Shown: positions 39,256-47,638 of the stretch, piece after piece | Layout: every line of letters begins with the position of its first letter | How positions within the stretch are numbered: the first letter of the stretch is position 1 | NCBI GenBank assembly: GCA_025993795.1 | Contig: JAMQHL010000006.1 | Coordinates: 17,397 to 81,396, forward strand | Length of the DNA: 64,000 nucleotides | Direction of reading: 5' to 3' | From: Planctomycetota bacterium | Lineage (GTDB): Bacteria; Planctomycetota; UBA8742; UBA2392 | The notes under the pieces: model-generated | Databases searched by the model: none | Seen by the model: the letters and a program-made list of their open reading frames with translations, nothing else | What the model was told of the DNA's origin: nothing | Program-made: the position numbers and the translations under genes

Positions 39256-41112
39256 ATGGCAACGCGCAACTCGATCTACAAATCCCTGAGCCGTCCTCGC
39301 TGCCTGCTGATGTCGTCGCCGTTCATCGCCCTGGCCATTGCTTCTCAGGGGCTGGACGCGCAGACCACAATTCCTGTCACCGACATGGCCGGCCTGCGTG
39401 CAGCCATCAGCACCGCCAATGGCAACAGCAACGACTACATCATTACGCTGGCCAATGGCACCTATGGCATCACCGGCAACGGGGACAATACGAACATCAC
39501 CGGCGACCTTGACGTCACCAAGCCGGGCGGCGGTTTGACATTGCAAGGGTCGAGTCAGGCGGGAACCATACTTGACGGCTTCGGCGCGGACCGGGTGCTG
39601 CACATTCTCAGTGGCTCGGGCGTGAGCGTGGTCCTGCGCGACCTGACCATTGTCAATGGCAGGGCGACTGATGACGGCGCAGTCACCGACGACGCGTTCG
39701 GCGGCGGCATTTACAACGACGGTGGTTCCAACCTGACGCTGTCGCGGGTTACCGTGCAGAGCTGCAATGCAACAGGTGCGTCCGGGGGTGCAACCGGGAC
39801 AGGTGCGGGCGGGGTCGCCCGCGGGGGAGGCATCTACACAGACGGCGGCGCCGTGCTGATCGAGAATTGCGTGATCGACACCAACAGCGCTTGGGGCGGC
39901 GGCGGGGCAACGGGCTTGTACTCGGGCCAGAGCGGCTCAGAGGGCGGCGCGGCTGAGGGCGGCGGCATCTACATCTCGGGTGCCGGCAACGTGACCATCC
40001 GCAACACAACATTCAGCGCCAATCAGGCATGGGGCGCGCCCGGTGGCTTCGGCGCAGGCGGCTCGTTTTCAAGCAACGGCGGCCAAGGCGGCCAGGGCGG
40101 GCGCGGGGCGGGCGGCGCGATTTATACCAATGCAGCAGCGCTGACACTTGAGCGCAGCACACTCGAGTCGAATTTCGCCCTGTCCGGCGACGGCGGCGAC
40201 GGCGGCCAGGGCGGCTTCATCGGGTCAGCTGGCGGGGCTAACGGCGGTCAAGGCGGTGACGCGGGCGAAACCGAAGGCGCCGGAATGTACGTGGCGGGCG
40301 GCACCGTGATCATCAACAACTCGACCGTTTCGGCAAACATGGCAACCAACGGAAACGGCGGCAGTGGCGGTGCCGGCGGCAATGCCAGCCTAACCCCGGG
40401 CGACGGCGGCGACGGCGGCAATGGCGGCAATGCCTGGGGCTGCGGCATCAGCGCTGTCGGCGGCACATTGACCATTTACAGCTCGACCATTGCCGGCAAC
40501 ACAGGCACCGCCGGCACGGAAGGCAACGGCGGATCGCCCGGGGCCGGTTCGACCGGCGCCGGGGCAAGCGGCAGCGCGGGCAGCCCCGGCACAACGACCG
40601 GCGGCGGCATTTATGCCGCGGGCGGGACGGTCACGCTGGAAAGCACGATCGTTGCCGACAACGCGGCGGCCAGCGGGCCCCAGGCCGCGGGCTCAATGAC
40701 AGCCAACGCCAGCCTGTTCGAAAGTGACGCAGGCGTGAGCATTACCACCCTCGGCTTGCCCAACGTGCTGAACTTGGACCCCGGGCTTGCGCCGCTTGCC
40801 CTGAACGGCGGCGTTACGCGCAATCACGCGATCGCTACCAGCAGCCCTGCGTTCAACACCGGCAGCAACATACTGGCCGAGGCGTTCGACCAGCGCGGCA
40901 GCGGTTTCAGCCGAACTCGCGACGGTACGCCCGACATCGGGGCGTTCGAGGTGCAGACAGGTTCAGGCGGCGGCGGCGCCAGCAAGAAGAAAAAGAAGAA
41001 CGAAGACTGCAGCACCGGCGATTCCGGCGGTGGCAGCCCGCTGCTGTTCGGCACCATGCTCGGCGCACTGCTGCTTGCCCTGCGAAACGCATGGCGACGC
41101 TTCGCCAGCTGA
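39256..41112 (+). CDS. Gly-rich beta-helix surface protein (choice-of-anchor Q-like) with a C-terminal sorting signal
   Basis: Repeated GGGIY/GGAIY motifs and Gly-rich tracts; LAPLALNGG...SPA...DQRG...DIGAFE; C-terminus DCSTG + TM helix + RR. Confidence 0.85.
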   Translation: MATRNSIYKSLSRPRCLLMSSPFIALAIASQGLDAQTTIPVTDMAGLRAAISTANGNSNDYIITLANGTYGITGNGDNTNITGDLDVTKPGGGLTLQGSSQAGTILDGFGADRVLHILSGSGVSVVLRDLTIVNGRATDDGAVTDDAFGGGIYNDGGSNLTLSRVTVQSCNATGASGGATGTGAGGVARGGGIYTDGGAVLIENCVIDTNSAWGGGGATGLYSGQSGSEGGAAEGGGIYISGAGNVTIRNTTFSANQAWGAPGGFGAGGSFSSNGGQGGQGGRGAGGAIYTNAAALTLERSTLESNFALSGDGGDGGQGGFIGSAGGANGGQGGDAGETEGAGMYVAGGTVIINNSTVSANMATNGNGGSGGAGGNASLTPGDGGDGGNGGNAWGCGISAVGGTLTIYSSTIAGNTGTAGTEGNGGSPGAGSTGAGASGSAGSPGTTTGGGIYAAGGTVTLESTIVADNAAASGPQAAGSMTANASLFESDAGVSITTLGLPNVLNLDPGLAPLALNGGVTRNHAIATSSPAFNTGSNILAEAFDQRGSGFSRTRDGTPDIGAFEVQTGSGGGGASKKKKKNEDCSTGDSGGGSPLLFGTMLGALLLALRNAWRRFAS

Positions 41113-41136
41113 AGTGGCATTGAATTCCGGCGCCAG

Positions 41137-41188
41137 CAGCATCGGCTTCCAGCCCGTGGGACTCCATCGGCAGGATGCCGATGGCACT
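41137..41188. repeat. REP-like element between convergent genes
   Basis: GCAGCATCGGCTTCCAGCCCGTG ... CATCGGCAGGATGCCGATGGCAC: paired imperfect palindromes of the GGCTTCCAGCC / GGCAGGATGCC type. Confidence 0.5.
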
Positions 41189-41195
41189 TCATATC

Positions 41196-41771
41196 TTAGC
41201 TGTCTGCGGTTTCATCGAGGGCGCGCTGTGGAAGGCGCGATGCGGCTGCGGCGGTCACGGCTGTCAGCACGGCGATCACACCCACAAGCGTCGCCCATTC
41301 GCCCATGGTGGTGCGGGGCGCGCGCTGCAACATGTCGGCGCCGAACCACAGGGCCGCCGACACGATCATTCCCGTCGGGTAATCGGCTGGCATGCCCAGC
41401 ACCCACCTTCTGTGCCACCAGATGTTCGCTGACTTGAAGCGGCGCAGGCCGAAGTACGGGTTGGTTACGAACCACAAGAAGTCCCACCAGACTGCAATCA
41501 GCATGTACTGCGACAGCACGCGCAGTTCGCCGGCAGATGTCCAAGTCGAAACCACCACTGGGTAGTGAAGAAACGCCAGAATGGCCAGGTTGATGTAGAC
41601 GTGATAGCCCGTGATCGGCTTGCCGTTCGTCAGGCGGCGAATCCACGGTCTGTCGATGCGCCACGTGGGCAGCTTCGCGGCCCAGCCGTGGGGCCCCTCG
41701 ACGTGCACTTCAACCAGCGCCAGCGCCAGGCACACGAGAAACAGGTTCACACCGACAAACAGGTCGTCCAT
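41196..41771 (-). CDS. Hypothetical integral membrane protein
   Basis: GAGGA RBS; EVHVEGPHGWAAKLPTWR, TGYH, DFLWFVTNPYFG; several TM helices. Confidence 0.75.
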   Translation of the reverse strand: MDDLFVGVNLFLVCLALALVEVHVEGPHGWAAKLPTWRIDRPWIRRLTNGKPITGYHVYINLAILAFLHYPVVVSTWTSAGELRVLSQYMLIAVWWDFLWFVTNPYFGLRRFKSANIWWHRRWVLGMPADYPTGMIVSAALWFGADMLQRAPRTTMGEWATLVGVIAVLTAVTAAAASRLPQRALDETADS

Positions 41772-41968
41772 CGCATCCTCTGGTTGCTGCCGCGCGCGCG
41801 ATACTAGCGTGCGGCACACCCAATTGCCGCAGCCATCGGGGGCGAGCGAATCGCTGACTGCGAACGTCCCGGCAATCACCCACGGGCCGCCGGCGTCGGT
41901 CGGCGTAGACGCCATAGATTCGGGGGGCGCCGGTTGCGGCGCCCCTTTTCTTTTCCTATCACAGTCCC

Positions 41969-44161
41969 ATGCCCACACCCGCTGAAATCCTGCAACAGGC
42001 TATGGGGCTGCACCGCGCCGGACGCCTGGCCGAAGCCGAAAAGGCCTACGCCACCGTGCCCACGGACGCGCCCGAGTTCGTTGACGCGCTGCACCTGACG
42101 GGCGTCATCGCGCTGCAAAAGGGCGACGCACGGGGCGCCATCAACCTGATCACGCGCGCAGTGCAGACGCGGCCCGATGTGCCCGCCATGCACTCGAACC
42201 TGGCCGAGGCTTACCGCACTGTCGGCAAACTCAACGACGCAGTCGCCCACTGCCGCGCGGCATTGAATCTCGACGCCGCCTATCACGCATGCCGCGTGAA
42301 CCTGGCGCTCGCTCTGGCTGCACAGGGCAACCTGGCGGACGCCGAAAAAGAACTGCGCCGCGTGCTGGAGGCCCAGCCGGCAAATGCGCTGGCCTGGAAC
42401 AACCTGGGCAACGTGCTGCGCATGCTCAAGCGCGCCGACGAGGCCCTGGCCGCTGCGCGCAAAGCCTGCCAGCTTGAGCCAACCAACGCCGAGTTTCTCA
42501 GCAACCTGGGCCAGATGCTGGTCGAGGACGGCGACACCGAAGAGGCTTTGCAGCGGCTCGCTAACGCCGTAAAGCTGAACCCGCGCCTGCCCGCCGCCCG
42601 CAACAACTACGGCAATGCTCTGCGCGAAGCCGGTCGCCTGGACGAAGCCGAAACCGAGTACAACGAAGCCCTGAAGCAGAACCCGCAGCTCGCGATCACG
42701 CACAACAACATCGGCCAGTTGAACCAGGAGCGCGGCAACTATGCCGAGGCGATGCGCTGGTATGAGCAGTCGCTCAAGCTTGACCCGCGCGCCGCCAAGA
42801 CCGTGGCCAACTACGCCAGCGTGATGACTGAGCTGGACCGCGTGACTGAAGCCGAGAAGCTGTATCAACAGGCGGCGAACATGGACCCCGGCTGTGCGGA
42901 AGCCCATATCGGGCTTGGTGGTGTCGCGCAGCGCAGGGGCGAGACGGCCCCGGCGCTTGCGCACTATGACCGTGCGGAGCAGGCGAATCCGCGCCTGCCG
43001 GCGCAGTATGTCGGGCGCAGCGGTGTTCTGAACCACCTGGGCCGATTTGAAGACGCCGAGAAGAGCCTGCGGCGTGCGCTGCAACTGGACGCGGAATGCG
43101 CCGGCGCATGGGAGTCACTGGTAGGGCTGCTCAAGGCCAAGCTGCCGGCGGCAGACCTGTCCGGCCTGCGCGCGGCGTTGCAGGGGCCGGCGGCAAAACG
43201 CAGCAACGGCATGCAAAGCCTGCACTTTGCAATGGGCATCTATGCCGACGCGACGAAGGACTACGCGACGGCGGCCGCGCAACTTGCCCTGGCCAACGAG
43301 TTGCAGCAGCAAAGCTGGCAGCGCCGCGGCCTTGCCTACAGTGCCGACGAACACACCACGTATGTGAATGAGCTTTTGCGCGTGTTCGACCGCCGGCACT
43401 TTGAGCGCACTGCGGGCTGGGGCAACAACAGCGAAGTGCCAGTGTTCATCCTGGGGCTGCCGCGCTCGGGCACGACGCTGGTTGAGCAGGTGCTGGCAAG
43501 CCACCCGCGCGTGTTCGGCGCCGACGAGTTGCGGCTTGCCCGCGATTCGTTTGAGTCGCTGCCGGCAGTCACCGGAGCATCCAACCGCTGGGAAGCGGTG
43601 GCTGCGCTGACCCGCGACCATGTGCATGCAGTGGCCGACGCACACCTGAAGCGACTGCGGGAGCATGACCCGTCTGCGGACCGCATCAGCGACAAGATGC
43701 CCGAGAACTACCTGCACATCGGGCTGATCCTGACGCTGTTCCCGAACGCGAAGATCATTCACCTGCGGCGTGACCTGCGCGACGTGGCGACAAGCTGCTG
43801 GAACACGCACTTCGGGCAGATTCGATGGGCGAACGTGCAGGGAAACATCGCCAGCCATTTCGGCAACTACTGGCGTGCGATGCAGCATTGGCGCGGCGTG
43901 CTGCCCGGCCGCTTTCATGAGGTGCGCTACGAAGAGATGGTGGAAGACCTTGAGCGCCACGCCCGCAAGCTGCTCGAGTTTGTCAACGTCGAGTGGGATG
44001 ACCGCTGCCTTGAGTTTCACAAGACCGAGCGCACGGTGCGCACTGCCAGCGTCACCCAGGTGCGCGAGCCGCTGTACAAGCGCAGCGTAGAGCGCTGGAG
44101 GAACTACGAGCCCTGGCACAGCGAATGGTTCGCGAAGCTCGACGCCATCCAGAATGCGTGA
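41969..44161 (+). CDS. TPR-repeat sulfotransferase
   Basis: Many TPRs; PAPS-binding GLPRSGTTLVEQ, DKMPEN, RDLRDVATS, RYEEMV and TASVTQVREPLY. Confidence 0.93.
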   Translation: MPTPAEILQQAMGLHRAGRLAEAEKAYATVPTDAPEFVDALHLTGVIALQKGDARGAINLITRAVQTRPDVPAMHSNLAEAYRTVGKLNDAVAHCRAALNLDAAYHACRVNLALALAAQGNLADAEKELRRVLEAQPANALAWNNLGNVLRMLKRADEALAAARKACQLEPTNAEFLSNLGQMLVEDGDTEEALQRLANAVKLNPRLPAARNNYGNALREAGRLDEAETEYNEALKQNPQLAITHNNIGQLNQERGNYAEAMRWYEQSLKLDPRAAKTVANYASVMTELDRVTEAEKLYQQAANMDPGCAEAHIGLGGVAQRRGETAPALAHYDRAEQANPRLPAQYVGRSGVLNHLGRFEDAEKSLRRALQLDAECAGAWESLVGLLKAKLPAADLSGLRAALQGPAAKRSNGMQSLHFAMGIYADATKDYATAAAQLALANELQQQSWQRRGLAYSADEHTTYVNELLRVFDRRHFERTAGWGNNSEVPVFILGLPRSGTTLVEQVLASHPRVFGADELRLARDSFESLPAVTGASNRWEAVAALTRDHVHAVADAHLKRLREHDPSADRISDKMPENYLHIGLILTLFPNAKIIHLRRDLRDVATSCWNTHFGQIRWANVQGNIASHFGNYWRAMQHWRGVLPGRFHEVRYEEMVEDLERHARKLLEFVNVEWDDRCLEFHKTERTVRTASVTQVREPLYKRSVERWRNYEPWHSEWFAKLDAIQNA

Positions 44162-44284
44162 CGCGCAATCCGTTCCGCGCCCCTTGCCAATCCGCCTATC
44201 CGCCTGTGTTTGTGCCCGCCGCTGCACTGCCGCCCGTCGTATACTGCGGGTGCGTAGACCCCCTGCCCCGGCTTGGATGCCAAC

Positions 44285-47200
44285 ATGCGCCCGCAACGCC
44301 TGGTAGTGCTGCTCGTGTTCCTGCTCGTTGCGGCAGGGGCTGTCCTTTGGCTGACCTTGCAGCCGGCGCAGCCGGATTTTGAAGGTGCCGAGCACTCAAA
44401 CCTGCCGGGCCGGCAACGCGCCGGCAAGTCATCGCCGCAGGATCAACGGGCTGACAATTCGGGCAAGCAGCCTGGCGACAGGCGCGAGCAGCCCGAGACG
44501 CGGCGGCCCGGTGACACGACCCCGGTACCGGAGACGGGCGAATGGGTCATCAGCGGCAGTCTGAAAGTAGACGCCGCCGCGGGCGCAAACCCGCTTGCGC
44601 ACTTCCTGCCCGGGGATCGGACCGTTGTGGTACGGGCCTACCGCGGCCCGCGTGCGCCGGAGCACTGCAGCGAGTTCCACATTGTGTTGCAGAATGACTG
44701 GAGCTTCCGACAGGAGTGCGCGCCTGAAGACCTTGAGCTTGAACCGGGTGAATCACCGGCAAGCCTGCTGTGGTACGTGGACCATGAACCCGAAGACGGC
44801 GGTTTCAGTGAGCCTTCCGACGCCGATGCGGAGATAGAAGGCTGGCACGAGCCGACGGGTGCCATCCTGGTACAACCCCGTGTCAGTGGTCGCGAAATCA
44901 ATCTGGGCGACGTCGTCCTTACCCTGGATTCGATGTTCCCCAACTCGTTCATCGTGGTCGGCCGGCTCGTTCACTCGTCCGGGCGCACGCTGTGCAACAC
45001 CGGCAATCATGCCCTGACCACCAGCGACACAGCAGGGGAGTATTCGGACTGGCTGTCGATCGGCACCGATGAACACGGCCGCTTCCTGGCGGTCCTTTAC
45101 GCATCGAATGAAGGGGCTCTTTTCGACATTGCCACTCTGGTCTGGACGCTGGTGCTGCGCGCGGACTGGGACTCTTTGGAGGGCAGGGTTCAGCTGCCAC
45201 AGCCAAGGATCGCCGGGCGCCTCTTGGACTTCGGCGACATTTCGCTGAGGGGATCTCTGCTTGACGTGACGGTCGAGATGGACCCCGCGCCCAAGCTTGA
45301 GCTGCGTGCCGACGGCACGCTGGCAATAGACGAGCGCGGTAACTACGACGGCGAGAGCCCGAGCCTTTACCTCCTTTGTGGCTCACTGGAGTTGTACGAG
45401 GCTGTTCCGCCATCACCCCACAAGGTAACCATGTGGGTGCCGGAGGGCCGCTACCACTGGCGCATTTATGAATTCAGCGACGAACTGGTTTACCTGCCCG
45501 CAAGCGGCATGCTGGACGTTCCCGACAATGCCGTGACTTCACTGCGGGTAAGCCTCAAGGTCGCAGCCACCGTGCCGGTCCGGGTGCTGTTGCCTGACGG
45601 TACACCTGCCACCGAAGCCTGGCTGGAGTGGGCATTCGTAATGCCCGGCGCCGATGAATACTCAGGCAACTTGTCAGGGCCGCAATTTCGCGTGCCCGTC
45701 ATTGAGAGCAGCGAAACCACGGTCACCGCATATCTTGATGGCTATTCGGGGGCCACCGGCAAGACAAAGCCGGGAGATACCGAACTGGTGTTGCAGGTTG
45801 AAGAAAAGGCCCCGCCTGATACCGGCATCGAGGTCAGGTTGCCAGCGCGACCGCAAGGTGTGCAGCCGGATGGTGCTTTCCGGTTGCGGTTGTGGATCAA
45901 AGGAGGAGTCGGCCAGTCGGACCAATGGGTGAACCTGCTGGTCGAAGGCCCGGGCGTGCTGCGAATTGCGACCAAGCCGGGAGCGGCAACGGTGCAATTG
46001 AATGGCGGGTGCGACTGGGGTTACCCGGCAATCATCAGTGGGCCGGTTGCATGCACTGTGAGGGAAGGCGAGTTCACCGTGGTTGAGCTGCCGGCGATCC
46101 TGCCGCCACCCTGGGCAATCAGGGCCGAGAAGTTGCACTGCACCGTTCGTGCAGGCGAGCAACCTGTCGAGATCGACGCGGAGTTCCTTGGTGCCGATGG
46201 TACGGACTTTGGCGATGCCAGCTACTCTGACGGCATGGACACCGAGTGCGGGGCGTTGCCCGCGCATTTACAGGATGGCGACCAGAAAATCGCGGTTCAG
46301 GTCTCGCCACCGACTGCCGAGGCACGCAGCGCGAAGCTGTTGCTCGAGTTGCCGCCACGCATCGAAGTGCGCGTCAAGCGCCGGGGCGTCGAGGTGACTA
46401 ACTTCCGGGCCGAGGTGTGGGGACAAGGCGACGGCATGAAACGCATCTCGCAGTGCGCGGGCAGCACGGGCACGGGCGCGGTAAGCTTGTGGTTTCCGCC
46501 GGGCAAGGCCACCCTGACCGTGGAACTGGAGAATTTCGGTCATACGCAAGAAGTGATTGTCAGGCGCGGTGAAGTCACGCGTGTAGACGTCGATCTCGGC
46601 CACGTGCGCGTTGAATTCGTGAACCCGGCTGAAGGAGAGGGCGGTACACAGGACTTGCCCCGACTGCGCATTTTCACAATTCGCGACGACGGCACGCTGG
46701 ACCCCGAGATGTACGACACGATCTGGGGCCCCGAAGTCAGAATGCTGCCACCTTCACGCTACCGCATGATCCCGCCTGCCAGCGCCGGTGCAGCCAGCGC
46801 GTTCGACGTTGACTTAAGAGAAGGCGGCGACCGGGTCGTCGTGCTGCCCGCCGTGAACACTGAGTTGGTCAGCGTGCGCCTGAACTTCCCGATGGAGTTT
46901 GCGGACGCGCCGAACCATTACCTGGAGTTACAGATCCTGCCGCTGACCGACCCGGAACAGCTTCGCATGTCCCCGGAGTTCGCAGACCAGGGAGATTGGC
47001 TCGAATCGCGGTTCGTGCCGAACGGCTTGCTGGTTCAGGGAGTGCCCAAGGGCGTTGAGGTCTGCCTGATCGGGTACTTCACCAGCTATGAGGGAGAGAA
47101 TGAACGAGGGCTGATTCTGAAACCGATTCGCTTACGCGTTCAGCAGGACGGCGAGACCGTGGCCGCCGAATGGAAGAAAGCAGTCAGACTGCACGAAGAG

Positions 47201-47440
47201 TGGCAATGGCTGGATGTTCGGTATCTGTCCCTGATCGAGGGCTGCGCACTGCCCTTCTATGACGGCGCTGCCGGCGCGCTGCCCGGAACCCACGAAGTTG
47301 GCTTCTATGCAAACGACAAACTGGTGCATCGTGAGTGGGTGACTTTCGGTGGCGATGGCGAGATGTGTATTTCGGCAGGCCTCAGGGCAGCATTGGTAGA
47401 GAAGGAATTGGTTGAGGCCGAAGTACCGGACGAAGATTAG
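44285..47440 (+). CDS. Large acidic, N-terminally anchored exported protein, hypothetical
   Basis: N-terminal TM helix, low-complexity linker, then a series of beta-sandwich-like modules; the start could be 44273-44285. Confidence 0.7.
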   Translation: MRPQRLVVLLVFLLVAAGAVLWLTLQPAQPDFEGAEHSNLPGRQRAGKSSPQDQRADNSGKQPGDRREQPETRRPGDTTPVPETGEWVISGSLKVDAAAGANPLAHFLPGDRTVVVRAYRGPRAPEHCSEFHIVLQNDWSFRQECAPEDLELEPGESPASLLWYVDHEPEDGGFSEPSDADAEIEGWHEPTGAILVQPRVSGREINLGDVVLTLDSMFPNSFIVVGRLVHSSGRTLCNTGNHALTTSDTAGEYSDWLSIGTDEHGRFLAVLYASNEGALFDIATLVWTLVLRADWDSLEGRVQLPQPRIAGRLLDFGDISLRGSLLDVTVEMDPAPKLELRADGTLAIDERGNYDGESPSLYLLCGSLELYEAVPPSPHKVTMWVPEGRYHWRIYEFSDELVYLPASGMLDVPDNAVTSLRVSLKVAATVPVRVLLPDGTPATEAWLEWAFVMPGADEYSGNLSGPQFRVPVIESSETTVTAYLDGYSGATGKTKPGDTELVLQVEEKAPPDTGIEVRLPARPQGVQPDGAFRLRLWIKGGVGQSDQWVNLLVEGPGVLRIATKPGAATVQLNGGCDWGYPAIISGPVACTVREGEFTVVELPAILPPPWAIRAEKLHCTVRAGEQPVEIDAEFLGADGTDFGDASYSDGMDTECGALPAHLQDGDQKIAVQVSPPTAEARSAKLLLELPPRIEVRVKRRGVEVTNFRAEVWGQGDGMKRISQCAGSTGTGAVSLWFPPGKATLTVELENFGHTQEVIVRRGEVTRVDVDLGHVRVEFVNPAEGEGGTQDLPRLRIFTIRDDGTLDPEMYDTIWGPEVRMLPPSRYRMIPPASAGAASAFDVDLREGGDRVVVLPAVNTELVSVRLNFPMEFADAPNHYLELQILPLTDPEQLRMSPEFADQGDWLESRFVPNGLLVQGVPKGVEVCLIGYFTSYEGENERGLILKPIRLRVQQDGETVAAEWKKAVRLHEEWQWLDVRYLSLIEGCALPFYDGAAGALPGTHEVGFYANDKLVHREWVTFGGDGEMCISAGLRAALVEKELVEAEVPDED

Positions 47441-47638
47441 CGGCCTGTGCAAAGTATTGATTCACAATAGCTTATGCGTTCTCTGGCGATGCCTGCCGCG
47501 CCCGGCGCGTTTCCTGCGGCGGGCGTGGCCGTCACGCCCAAGTCACGGCCCGTGCAAACCTTGTGCAAAGGTTGACAGGCATTTGCGCCCCGCTAGATTG
47601 GCTTGTCTTCAAGCACCCCCCTGAAGGAGTTTCACAAG

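Noticed and set aside
39700-40630. GGC-rich repeats as a CRISPR array or DNA tandem repeat
   Set aside because: They are Gly-rich coding repeats of the beta-helix protein, with no constant repeat-spacer periodicity.
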